Source: Gaiellaceae bacterium
GTDB lineage: Bacteria > Actinomycetota > Thermoleophilia > Gaiellales > Gaiellaceae
NCBI GenBank assembly: GCA_050698015.1
Contig: JBOHAU010000019.1
Location: forward strand, 12,012-76,011
Direction of reading: 5' to 3'
Length of the DNA stretch: 64,000 bases
The translations under genes and the position numbers were made by a program. Positions 49,659 through 58,690 of this stretch are shown here, in pieces. Under the pieces are notes generated by a model, which made no database searches, was not told where the DNA came from, and saw nothing but the letters and a program-made list of their open reading frames with translations. How positions within the stretch are numbered: position 1 is the first letter of the stretch; each line of letters begins with the position of its first letter.

Positions 49659-50714
49659 TTGGCGCCTGGTGCGGCAACGCCGGTACCCGCAGCGAACGGC
49701 TACTTTTGGCAGGTCTGGGACTTCGGCGTCGAAGCAGGCGGTGTCGACCCCCGCAAGGACAACATCGTCGACGGCTGGTCGGCTGTCGACCAGGGCGGCG
49801 CGCAGGCGTTCCTCTACCTCGCCTTCGCGCGAGAGGCGCGCTGGGCACGACGTTCGTCACGTTCGAGCTCAACCACGACACCCAACTGTGGAACAACGGG
49901 AAAGCGACAATTCCCTGTCGGCGGACCGGCGACATCCTCGTCTCCTACGAGGCGCAGGGCAACGATGTCGACGTCGTCATCCAGCGCTGGGTAACGCTCC
50001 CGAACCAGACGGATCCGCTGTCGGGATGCGCGTTGCGTGGTCGGCTCGACGACTTCACGGCCTTCAGCCCGAATGTCGACGCACAAGGCGCGATCAACAA
50101 TGCGGCGATCGCCGACCCTCCGCTGCCAGGCTTCTGCGAGGAATCGAGCGCTTCGGGCGCCGACGGCTCGCCGGGGACGCTCGACCCCGGCGACACGTGG
50201 ACGTACCGCTCCTCGCGGAAGACCGCGGCGGCCGGAGTCGACTGCAGGCCGGCCGTCGTCCCGAACTCCGCGACCGCACCGGCATAGCGGGTGGCGTCTC
50301 GGTGAGCGATACGTCCGGGATCGAGACGGCGCTCTCGTGTCCATCGCCACCGCCTCCACGCCGCCGTCACCGGTTGTGCCGCCCGGCCCGCGGCCGCCGA
50401 ACGCGGGCGACGCCGGTCGAGCTGCGTTTGCGCGCGGGGTGAGAGGGTGCATCCGGGGTCGCGTGTCGCGCGCCAACTTCCAGGGGGCTCGCATCGCGAG
50501 CATCCGGATCTTCGTGAACGGGCAGTTGCGGCGCAGCCTCACCGTCGCGCCACTCCGGCGGCGGGTGACGCGGCGCGTGAGGCTCGCGGAGGGGCGCTAC
50601 CGCGTGAGCGCCCGGGTCAGGTTCGAGCGCGGCTCGGGCAGTCCGCCGGTGACTCTTTCGCAGGTGGTCCGGGTCTGCGCGGCGCGCCGCGCGCAACCAC
50701 CGTTCACCGGATAG
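49659..50714 (+). pseudogene. 5'-truncated, multiply frameshifted remnant of a secreted cell-surface-type protein
   Basis: Protein-like sequence hops frames. Frame of 49659: ANGYFWQVWDFGVEAGGVDPRKDNIVDGWSAVDQGGAQAFLYLAFARE. Frame of 49490: GTTFVTFELNHDTQLWNNGKATIPCRRTGDILVSYEAQGNDVDVVIQRWV...LDPGDTWTY. Frame of 49669: GVSVSDTSGIETALSCP. Frame of 50037: CIRGRVSRANFQGARIASIRIFVNGQLRRSLTV...RYRVSARVRFERGSGSPPVTLSQVVRVC. No signal peptide or plausible start. Confidence 0.6.
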
Positions 50715-50761
50715 GGCAGAGGCCGCTCGCCACGAGCCGGGTTCCGCGCAATACTTCAGCG

Positions 50762-51940
50762 GTGGCCGTAACTGAGCGCACCAGCGGCGTTCGGACCTTC
50801 CTGATCGCCGACATCCGCGGGTACTCGCGCTACACCGAGGAGTGCGGCGACGAGGCTGCCGCGGCCCTGTCGAAGAAATTCGCGAAGATCGTCAACGACG
50901 ACATCGAGGCCCACGGCGGCGGGCTGGTCGATATGCGCGGGGACGAGGCGCTTGTTGTCTTCACCTCCGCGCGGGCAGCGATCCGTGCGGCCGTCGATCT
51001 GCAGGCGCAGTTCCGGGAAGCCGCGGACGAGTTCCAAATTCCGCTGCAGGTCGGCATCGGCATCGACTCCGGAGAAGCGGTGCAGCTGGAGGACGGAACC
51101 TTTCGCGGATCAGCCCTCAACGTCGCAGCCCGGTTGTGCGGGCGGGCCTCGGGCGGCGAGGTGATCATCAGTGCAGCGACCTCTCGGCTAGCGGGTCGCC
51201 TCGGCGGGCTCCACTACAGCGACGGCGAACGCGTGCGCCTCAAGAACATCGCGGAGCCGGTCCACATCCACAAGGTGTATTCGGAGCTCGACGCGCGCCC
51301 GACCAACCGCTGGGTCGTTCTGTTCCTGGGGAGGGAGCGTCGGGGGCTCAGCTGGCGGCTCGCAGCGCTCGTCTCGCTGATTGCCGCCGCCACTGTCGTA
51401 GCCGTCGTCTACGCGACCGCAGGTGGAGGGGCCGACCCGACGGGGGCTTCGTCGCGGCTACCCGGCCAGGGCAAGCAGGTGGCCGCGACCGGGCTCGCCT
51501 CCGTCGTTCCGGCTGCGGTCTGGAAGGACTGCCAGGCGCTGGGTGTGCCCGACACGCGCGCGACCGAGACGGCGGCGTGCGTCCCGGCCGAGGGCGTGCC
51601 GGATCGCTGGGAGATCTCCCGGTATCCGAACGGCGACGAGCTAAACATCGCCTACTGGAGCGAGCTCGGAAAGCGCGCGGACATCCGCCGCGACACGGGC
51701 AGATGCAACGCCTTGAGCTGGGGCGGCGAGGGCGTGTGGCTGCACGGCCCCGGCAAGCCCGGCGGCCGTTTCTTCTGCTACTTCGACGGCAACGACGCTG
51801 TCATCGTGTGGACGCACCGGCGCCTCGACCAACCGAGCCATCTCGACATCCTCGTGACTGCGCGCGCGAGCGGAACCAACCACCCGGGCCTCACCCGCTG
51901 GTGGCGCCCGTGGCACCACGAGATCGGCAAGGCCGGCTAG
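50762..51940 (+). CDS. Class III adenylate/guanylate cyclase with one TM segment and a C-terminal extracytoplasmic Cys-containing domain
   Basis: Track ORF 50447 trimmed to the GTG at 50762. Has RTFLIADIRGYSRYTE, DMRGDEALVVF, GIGIDSGEAV and GSALNVAARLC. TM segment LAALVSLIAAATVVAVVYA. C-terminal domain with WKDC...AACVP...GRCN...FFCYFDG. Confidence 0.8.
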   Translation: MAVTERTSGVRTFLIADIRGYSRYTEECGDEAAAALSKKFAKIVNDDIEAHGGGLVDMRGDEALVVFTSARAAIRAAVDLQAQFREAADEFQIPLQVGIGIDSGEAVQLEDGTFRGSALNVAARLCGRASGGEVIISAATSRLAGRLGGLHYSDGERVRLKNIAEPVHIHKVYSELDARPTNRWVVLFLGRERRGLSWRLAALVSLIAAATVVAVVYATAGGGADPTGASSRLPGQGKQVAATGLASVVPAAVWKDCQALGVPDTRATETAACVPAEGVPDRWEISRYPNGDELNIAYWSELGKRADIRRDTGRCNALSWGGEGVWLHGPGKPGGRFFCYFDGNDAVIVWTHRRLDQPSHLDILVTARASGTNHPGLTRWWRPWHHEIGKAG

Positions 51941-52248
51941 CTCGACTCGATCCTAGTGTCGACGTAGACGGTCCAGTCGGCAACGTCCTCGATCTCGAAG
52001 ACGCCGTTGAGGACGAACGGGTCGCTTTGCATGACCTCCCGGACTTCCTCCGCGTTCATGCCCTCCCAGAGGGACATCGAGCCGAGCCTGCCGGCGTACG
52101 GCCCGCCCATGATGAACACGCCGCGCTCGATCAGATCGTCGATGAACTCGGCGTGTGCGTCCCAGCCCGGCTGCTCCTCCGGCAGTCCGCTCTTCCAGGC
52201 CGGGCCCGGCGCGATTCGCAGCACGACGCGTGGGATTCGCAGCGGCAT
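51937..52248 (-). CDS. YciI family protein
   Basis: 103 aa. Has WDAHAEFIDDLIERGVFIMGGPY and DPFVLNGVFEIE, typical of YciI-like proteins. Confidence 0.75.
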   Translation of the reverse strand: MPLRIPRVVLRIAPGPAWKSGLPEEQPGWDAHAEFIDDLIERGVFIMGGPYAGRLGSMSLWEGMNAEEVREVMQSDPFVLNGVFEIEDVADWTVYVDTRIESS

Positions 52249-52293
52249 CTCCGAAGTTGTCTAACGGTAAATCGGAAGATTATCATTAGAACG
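52249..52293. promoter_or_regulatory. AT-rich divergent promoter region between the YciI-like and CGNR zinc-finger genes
   Basis: ccgaagttgtctaacggtaaatcggaagattatcattagaacg is clearly less GC-rich than its surroundings. No specific boxes assigned. Confidence 0.3.
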
Positions 52294-52860
52294 ATGTCAC
52301 TCACGTACAGCTGGCTTGGACAGGAGCTCGCGCTCGATCTCGCCAACACGGTGATCGTGGTGCGGCCCGCCGAAGAGATCGACGGACTCGCAACCACCGC
52401 GGAGCTCGCACGCTGGCTCGAGCTGGAGCGCGACCGGCTCGGTGCGGCCCCCGGCTCGGACGCGAGGTTGCGGGACTTCCAGCGCCTGCGGGATGCGGTT
52501 CGTTCGCTCCTCACGGCCGCTGCAGAAGGCGTTGAGCTGCCGGCGGCCGCCGTCACCGCAGTGAACCGTGCAAGCGCCGCCGCGCCGTCGTTCGCGCAGC
52601 TTCGTCCCCCGGCGGGGGCGGTGGTCGAGGCGCGCGCCAGCACACCCGTTGACGCGATCCTCGGCGCGATCGCGACGTCGGCGGTGGAGCTGCTCGGCGG
52701 GCCGCAACGCGAGCTCATCCGGGTATGCAAAGCGCCGCGCTGCGGTCTGTACTTCGTCGCGGGCCGCGCGGGGCAGCAGTGGTGCTCGTCGACATGCGGG
52801 AACCGCGCGCGCGTGGCGCGTCACTATGCGCGCCGGGCCCAGCGAGCGGCGAGGGCCTAG
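52294..52860 (+). CDS. CGNR zinc-finger domain protein (ABATE-like N-domain plus zf-CGNR)
   Basis: Tail of track ORF 50842..52860, from the ATG at 52294. C-terminal motif RVCKAPRCGLYFVAGRAGQQWCSSTCGNRARVARHY. Confidence 0.85.
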   Translation: MSLTYSWLGQELALDLANTVIVVRPAEEIDGLATTAELARWLELERDRLGAAPGSDARLRDFQRLRDAVRSLLTAAAEGVELPAAAVTAVNRASAAAPSFAQLRPPAGAVVEARASTPVDAILGAIATSAVELLGGPQRELIRVCKAPRCGLYFVAGRAGQQWCSSTCGNRARVARHYARRAQRAARA

Positions 52861-52880
52861 AGCGACGCTAGAGTCACGTC

Positions 52881-53087
52881 GTGCGAATCGTCCTCGCCGC
52901 CGTCATCGTGCTCTTTCTCTTCCTGTGGGTGCGGGCTGTCATCGATGTGTTCCGGCGGCCGGACCTCTCCGGGGGAGGCAAGGCGGCGTGGGCCATCGGG
53001 ATGCTCGTCGTACCGTTCGTGGGGCTCCTGGTCTACACGATGCTCCGACCGGCGGATTCCCAGCTCGCGCAGCGGCGCCGGGGCTAG
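52881..53087 (+). CDS. Small membrane protein, PLD-nuclease-N-terminal (PLDc_N) domain family
   Basis: 68 aa, 2 TM: IVLAAVIVLFLFLWVRAVIDVFRRPDLSGGGKAAWAIGMLVVPFVGLLVYTMLRP. Confidence 0.7.
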   Translation: MRIVLAAVIVLFLFLWVRAVIDVFRRPDLSGGGKAAWAIGMLVVPFVGLLVYTMLRPADSQLAQRRRG

Positions 53088-53113
53088 CTGCTGCGGCTGC
53101 GTCCTTCGGCAGC

Positions 53114-53458
53114 ATGACTTTCCGCGACGCTTTTGCGATCCTGCACACGCCCGATCTAGCGCGGGCCGTGGCGTTCTACGTCGAGCGGCTCGGCTTCGAG
53201 GAGCGGTATCGGTTCGGCAATTTCGCTGTGGTCGGGTTGGATACCTTCGACCTTGGGCTCACGGAGGTCGAGGAGGTGGAGCCGGCCGGCCGCGTCGCGC
53301 TGTGGCTCTACACCGACGACGCGGACACGGAGATCGACCGGCTTCGGGCGGCGGGCGTAGAGGTCGCGCGGAACCCTGAGGACATGGAGTGGGGCGAGCG
53401 GATGGGCAGCGTCCGCGACTCCGATGGCAACGAGGTCTTCATCGGCCAGCGCCTCTAG
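53114..53458 (+). CDS. VOC family protein (glyoxalase/bleomycin-resistance fold)
   Basis: Tail of track ORF 52568..53458, from the ATG at 53114. Has AVAFYVERLGFEERYRF and WGERMGSVRDSDGNEVFI. Confidence 0.75.
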   Translation: MTFRDAFAILHTPDLARAVAFYVERLGFEERYRFGNFAVVGLDTFDLGLTEVEEVEPAGRVALWLYTDDADTEIDRLRAAGVEVARNPEDMEWGERMGSVRDSDGNEVFIGQRL

Positions 53459-54279
53459 CCCGCCGAAATCAGGACCACTCCGGTCAGGGCAGACGCGACG
53501 CCCAGGAGCTGGAGGCGATCGAGCCGCTCCCCGAGGACGAAGGCAGCGAGCGCGACCGTCGTCACGGGATAGAGCGTCGCGAGCACGGAGACGACGCTGA
53601 CATCGCCGAGGCTGGCCGCCCAGGCGAAGAGCGTGTTGCCGGCCGTGTCGAGCAGCCCGATCAACGCAATCGCGCCGAGGTGGCCGCGAGCGGCCGTGAT
53701 CGGAGGCCGTAGGACGAGCCAGGCACCGAGGGCGAGCACGGCTACGGTGCACCGGAAGACGAACGCAGCCCAGAGGAAGTCCCGCCCGCTCGCCGCGTGC
53801 ATCGGCACGTAGTAGCCGCCGAAGCCGATGACGGCCGCGATCGCCCAGGGCACGCCGGCCGCGATGCGGACCTCACCGACATGCCTCTCGAACGACGCGG
53901 CAGCGACACCCGCCAGCACGAGGACGAAGCCAAGGAGCTGGAGCTGCGAGACCTCGTCGCCCGTTGCAATGCCGAAGACCACTGGGACGACCGCCCCCAC
54001 GGCTGCGATCGGCGCGACGACGCTGATCGCTCCGACGGCCATCCCGCGGTAGAACGACGCAAGCCCGAGGGTGCCGAAGAGGCCCGCGAGCGGCGCCCAA
54101 AGAACCGAAGCAGGCGGGGGGTTGGCCGCGACAGCGACGACGAGCCCAATCGCGAGGACGCCGGAGACCTGCGCGAGCAGCAGGACGACGAGTGTGGGGA
54201 CAGCGCGGCTCTTGACCCCGCCGAGAAAGTCGGCGACGCCCCAGGCCACGCTCGCCAGGAGCGCCGCGGCGGCGGTCAT
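53455..54279 (-). CDS. EamA/DMT family transporter
   Basis: 274 aa, about 10 TM, internally duplicated hydrophobic pattern. The N-terminus (AALLASVAWGVADFLGG) is typical of EamA domains. Confidence 0.8.
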   Translation of the reverse strand: MTAAAALLASVAWGVADFLGGVKSRAVPTLVVLLLAQVSGVLAIGLVVAVAANPPPASVLWAPLAGLFGTLGLASFYRGMAVGAISVVAPIAAVGAVVPVVFGIATGDEVSQLQLLGFVLVLAGVAAASFERHVGEVRIAAGVPWAIAAVIGFGGYYVPMHAASGRDFLWAAFVFRCTVAVLALGAWLVLRPPITAARGHLGAIALIGLLDTAGNTLFAWAASLGDVSVVSVLATLYPVTTVALAAFVLGERLDRLQLLGVASALTGVVLISAG

Positions 54280-54334
54280 GGCTAGAAGCTATCCCTCGGG
54301 TAATCCCACGCCGCCGCGCGGGTCACGGCAGTGG

Positions 54335-56896
54335 CTACTCGTACTGGAGTGCCTCGAGCACGTTCAGCCGCGAGGCGCGCAGCGCGGGGAAGATCGCCGC
54401 GATCAGCCCGACGACGAACGCCGCGACGGCGAAGGCGGCGATCTGTGTGACGGGCAGCGAGAAGTCGATGAACTCGACACGCGCGACGAGGAGCGCGCCG
54501 AGCACGATGCCGAGCAGGATCCCGATTATGCCGCCCATCAGGGCGATGATCACGCTCTCGTAGCGGATCATCCGGCGCAGCTGGCGGCGTGACATCCCGA
54601 TCGCGCGCAGCATCCCGATCTCGCGTGTCCGCTCGAACACCGTCAGTACGAGCGTGTTCACGATCCCGAACAGGCTCACGATCACCGACAGGGCGAGCAG
54701 GACGAAGAGGATGTTGAGGATCGCGTTCAGCGCCGAGATCTGGTTGTCGATGAACTCCTCGCGCGTCGCGACCTTGGCGCTCGGATAGGCGCGCAGCACT
54801 TCCTCCAGTGCGGTGCGGTTCGCCTCCGACTGGCCGCCCTGCATCAGCACGAACGAGTAGAGGTCGCGCGGCTGCTCGTTGAAGCGATCCCAGGTGTCGG
54901 CTGAGATCGTGACGCGTCCGAACGGCGACCCGCCGGCGGGCGGGTCGAAGATCCCTCGGACCTCGAAGGTCTGCTTCTGGCCGGTCGGGAAGGTCAGCTC
55001 GAAGTTGGACCCCACTCGGAGGTCGTGCTCGTCGGCGTACGAATCGTCCACGAACGCGCCGTTCGCTCCGAGGGAGGAGAGCACCGCCTGCGATCCATCT
55101 TTCCAGTCGATCGTGAAGAAGCGCTGCGACTCGGGATCGACCGCGGTCGCGAAGAAGGGGTCGCCGAAGGCGAAGGCGTCGCCGGTGCGGACGCTCGTGA
55201 CCGCTTCGACTCCCGGCGCCTCGGCGGCCGCTTTCGCGACGGCGACCGGGATTGGCGCGAAGTTGTTCTGCGCCGTCAGGGCGTAGTCGCCCGCCCCCCA
55301 GAGCTCGTCCACAGCGTCGCGGAAGGTCGAGACGATCCCCGCAGCGAGCACGGAGACGAGAGTGACCAGCGCGAGCCCGATCATCAGCGCGGAAGCGGTC
55401 GAGGCCGTCCGCTGCGGATTGCGGCGGGAGTTGTCGCGGGCGAGCGCGCCGGAGACGCCGCCGATGCGAGACGCCGGCCAGCCGAGGACGCCGGCGATCG
55501 GCTGCACGAATCGGACGGAGAGCAGCGAGACGCCGAAGAAGATCAGCAGCGCGCCGAGCCCCATCCAGGTGAGCAGCTGCGTCGTGCCGAGGTCCGGGGC
55601 GAAGAGTCCGTAGGAGAGCGCGGCGAACCCGAGCGCAGTGAGCACGATGGATCCGGGCGTTCGGAAGCGGGCCCAGCGGCTCGGCGGAAGCGTTCCGCCC
55701 TCGCGGACGGCGGCGAGCGGCGGGACTCGCGTCGCGCGCAGGGCCGGGCGCAGGCTCGCGAGCAAGGTGACGATCACGCCGGCGAGGATCGCGACGACGG
55801 CCGTACGCGGTTTGAAGAGCAGCCCCGTGTTGGGCAGGGTGAAGTCGAAGGCCTCGAAGACCGCGAACAGGCCCTCGGCGAGGGCGAGGCCGAGGAAGAC
55901 GCCCGTGACCGATGCGACCGTCCCCACGACGAGCGCCTCGAGCATCACGGAGCCGAGCACTTGCCGGCGTGAGGCGCCGACCGTTCGTACGGTCGCAAAC
56001 TCGCGGGTGCGCTGCGCGACGGTGATCGAGAGCGAGTTCGCGATCACGAAGCTGCCGACGAAGAGCGCGATCCCCGCGAAGGCGAGCAAGAAGCCCTGGA
56101 GGAACGTAATGAACTCGTTCGTCTCCGACGCCTCCTCGCTCGCCTGCGCCTGGCCTGTCCGCACCTGCGCCGTCGGCGGCAGGACCTCGCGGAGCGCGGC
56201 GAGGAGCTGATCGGGCGAGATGTTCGGCTGCGAGGCGACCGCGATCTCGTCGAGACGTCCCTGCTTGCCATAGAGGCGCTGAGCGGTCGGGAGGTCGAAG
56301 CCGGCGAGCGTCGCGTCGCCGATCGTCGAGAGCGTCTCGCCGAAGCGAATGACGCCGGAGATCGTGAACGACTGAATCGGTCCCTCCGCCTCGACGCGGA
56401 TCGGCTCGCCGATGGCGAACTTCTCTTTCTTGGCGGTCGACTCGTCGATGACGATCTCGTTCGACCCGGGCCATTCGCCGCGGACGAGGCGGAGTGGATT
56501 GAAGGGAGAGTCGCCGGTCGCGATGCTGAAGCCGATGCTCGGAGCATTGCCGACGATCGCCTCGCCCTTCTTGTCGATCAGGACCGTCGACTCGCTGTCG
56601 ACGCCGCCCTCGGCGACCTGAACCTCGGGGACGTCGCGAACACGCTCGAGCAGTGAGTCGTCGAGCGTGGGCGCGACGCTGCCGCTTTGGTCGCTCAGGT
56701 CGAAGGCGGCCTTGCCGCTGATCACGGCGTCCGACCCCTCGCGCACGTCACTGAAGATCGAGTCGAACGCAGAGTCGATCGAGTCGGTGAGGACGTAGGT
56801 GCCGCTGATCATCGCGACGCCGAGCACGATCGCGACCGCAGTCAGGGTCGTCCGCAGCTTCCGACCGAGCAGGCCCTTGAGCGCGAAGCGCACCAT
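54335..56896 (-). CDS. ABC transporter permease, FtsX/MacB-like, duplicated (two FtsX modules, two large extracytoplasmic loops)
   Basis: 853 aa. Begins MVRFALKGLLGRKLRTTLTAVAIVLGVAMISG. Has REFATVRTVGASRRQV and REIGMLRAIGMSRRQL, and a C-terminal RASRLNVLEALQYE. There is no adjacent ATPase gene. Confidence 0.85.
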   Translation of the reverse strand: MVRFALKGLLGRKLRTTLTAVAIVLGVAMISGTYVLTDSIDSAFDSIFSDVREGSDAVISGKAAFDLSDQSGSVAPTLDDSLLERVRDVPEVQVAEGGVDSESTVLIDKKGEAIVGNAPSIGFSIATGDSPFNPLRLVRGEWPGSNEIVIDESTAKKEKFAIGEPIRVEAEGPIQSFTISGVIRFGETLSTIGDATLAGFDLPTAQRLYGKQGRLDEIAVASQPNISPDQLLAALREVLPPTAQVRTGQAQASEEASETNEFITFLQGFLLAFAGIALFVGSFVIANSLSITVAQRTREFATVRTVGASRRQVLGSVMLEALVVGTVASVTGVFLGLALAEGLFAVFEAFDFTLPNTGLLFKPRTAVVAILAGVIVTLLASLRPALRATRVPPLAAVREGGTLPPSRWARFRTPGSIVLTALGFAALSYGLFAPDLGTTQLLTWMGLGALLIFFGVSLLSVRFVQPIAGVLGWPASRIGGVSGALARDNSRRNPQRTASTASALMIGLALVTLVSVLAAGIVSTFRDAVDELWGAGDYALTAQNNFAPIPVAVAKAAAEAPGVEAVTSVRTGDAFAFGDPFFATAVDPESQRFFTIDWKDGSQAVLSSLGANGAFVDDSYADEHDLRVGSNFELTFPTGQKQTFEVRGIFDPPAGGSPFGRVTISADTWDRFNEQPRDLYSFVLMQGGQSEANRTALEEVLRAYPSAKVATREEFIDNQISALNAILNILFVLLALSVIVSLFGIVNTLVLTVFERTREIGMLRAIGMSRRQLRRMIRYESVIIALMGGIIGILLGIVLGALLVARVEFIDFSLPVTQIAAFAVAAFVVGLIAAIFPALRASRLNVLEALQYE

Positions 56897-56944
56897 CGAA
56901 CGTCAACGTAGCTCTCGGGCCTTGCTTCGCGCGAGAATCCCGGC

Positions 56945-58582
56945 GTGAGAGCAGTCGACGAGCTCGAGCGGGGCCGGGAAGCCTACGCCGCGGGGGCCTG
57001 GCTCGACGCCTACGAGGCGCTGTCACGCGCGGATGCGGCATCGCCGCTCGAAGCAGCCGACGTCGAGCTGCTCGCGACCTCGGCTGCGATGGTCGGCGAG
57101 CGCGACGCGCACTTCTTGTTCCTCGAGCGCCTGCACAAGCTTCGGTTGGACGCGGGTGAGACGGAGCCGGCCGCGAAGGCAGCCGTCGTCCTCGGGATGA
57201 ACCTCGCGATCGCCGGCGAGGTCGGGCCGGCGATGGGGTGGTTCGGCCGGGCCGAACGTCTCGTCGAACAGGCAGACGCGGATTCCGTCGTTCCCGGCTA
57301 CTTGCTCCTGCCGGCCGCCTTCCAGCGGATGTCCTCCGGTGACGCCGAGGGCGCGCACCACGCCGCCTCGGCCGCGGCCGCGATCGCGGCGCGGTTCGAC
57401 GAGCACGATCTCTTTGCGACGGCGACTCATTTCGCCGGCGCGACTCTGATCAAGCAGGGGCGGGTAGACGAGGGGCTTCAGCTGCTCGACGAAGCGATGG
57501 TCGCCGTCACCTCGGGAGAGGTCTCGCCGTTCTTCGCCGGCGTTGTCTACTGCGGCGTGATCGCCTCCTGCGAGGAGGCGTTCGAGCCTCGGCGGGCGCA
57601 CGAGTGGACGAACGCGCTCACTCGTTGGTGCGAGGCGCAGCCCCAGCTCGTGTCGTTCACCGGTCGGTGCCTCGCCCATCGCGCCGGGATCAAGCAGCTC
57701 CACGGGGCGTGGGTGGACGCGCTCGAGGAAGCGGTGGTTGCACGCGAACGGTGCGAGCAGGCGATGAACCGCGCCGCAACGGGGCAGGCGTACTACCAGC
57801 AGGCCGAGCTCCACCGTCTCCGAGGCGACTTCGCGGCCGCCGAAGCCGCGTATCGCGACGCAAGCCGCTTCGGGCGCGAGCCGCAGCCCGGCCTGGCCCT
57901 ACTCCGCCTGGGTCAGGGCGAGGCGGAGGCCGCCGAGGCTGCCCTTCGCCGCGCGCTCGCCGAGGCGACGGAGCCGCTCCAGCGCGCCGTTCTCCTGCCG
58001 GCCTACGTGGAGGTCGCTCTGGCGCAGGGCGCCGTCGACGACGCGGCTTCCGGGAGCGCAGAGCTCGACGAGATCGACCGCCGCTTCGAACGACCGATGC
58101 TTCGCGCGATCGCGGCGCAGGTTCGTGGGTCGGTCGAGCTCGCCCGTGGAGAGCCCCAAGCGGCGCTCCGGTCGCTGCGCGCCGCCTGGCAGGTGTGGGA
58201 GGAGCTCGACGCGCCGTACGAGGGCGCACGAGTCCGTCTCCTCGTGGGGCTCGCCTGCCGGGCGCTCGGAGACGAGGACGGCGCCGCACTCGAGTTCGAG
58301 GCCGCCCGCGCGGCTTTCGAGGCCCTCGGCGCCGCGCCCGAGCTGGCGCGCGTCGACGCGTTCACGGGCCGTGCGGAGCCCGCTGAGACGCACGGCCTCA
58401 GCCCGCGCGAGCTCGAGGTGCTGCGGTTGCTCGCGTCGGGCCGGACGAACCGGGACATCGCGGCTGAGCTCGTCGTGAGCGAGAACACCGTCGCCCGCCA
58501 CGTCCAGAACATCTTCGCGAAGCTCGGCGTTTCGTCACGCACCGCGGCGACCGCGTTCGCCTTCGAGCATCACCTCGTCTAG
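56945..58582 (+). CDS. LuxR family transcriptional regulator with long helical (TPR-like) N-terminal region
   Basis: 545 aa, GTG start. C-terminal HTH: LSPRELEVLRLLASGRTNRDIAAELVVSENTVARHVQNIFAKLGV. The N-terminal part is Ala/Leu/Glu-rich helical repeats. No Walker A seen. Confidence 0.85.
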   Translation: MRAVDELERGREAYAAGAWLDAYEALSRADAASPLEAADVELLATSAAMVGERDAHFLFLERLHKLRLDAGETEPAAKAAVVLGMNLAIAGEVGPAMGWFGRAERLVEQADADSVVPGYLLLPAAFQRMSSGDAEGAHHAASAAAAIAARFDEHDLFATATHFAGATLIKQGRVDEGLQLLDEAMVAVTSGEVSPFFAGVVYCGVIASCEEAFEPRRAHEWTNALTRWCEAQPQLVSFTGRCLAHRAGIKQLHGAWVDALEEAVVARERCEQAMNRAATGQAYYQQAELHRLRGDFAAAEAAYRDASRFGREPQPGLALLRLGQGEAEAAEAALRRALAEATEPLQRAVLLPAYVEVALAQGAVDDAASGSAELDEIDRRFERPMLRAIAAQVRGSVELARGEPQAALRSLRAAWQVWEELDAPYEGARVRLLVGLACRALGDEDGAALEFEAARAAFEALGAAPELARVDAFTGRAEPAETHGLSPRELEVLRLLASGRTNRDIAAELVVSENTVARHVQNIFAKLGVSSRTAATAFAFEHHLV

Positions 58583-58690
58583 TCAGAAATAACCACGCGC
58601 TCGGGCCGCTGAAGTTGGTTGATCCAGGCGATGCCGCCGGCGAGGTACCGCCCTACCGTCTCCTCGAGAGGCCGAACAAAGGAGGAAACG

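Noticed and set aside
54282-56474. 730-aa minus-strand ORF overlapping the FtsX permease in another frame
   Set aside because: Extreme Arg/Ala/Pro/Asp content and no TM or domain signatures. The co-located 853-aa frame has unmistakable FtsX/MacB features.
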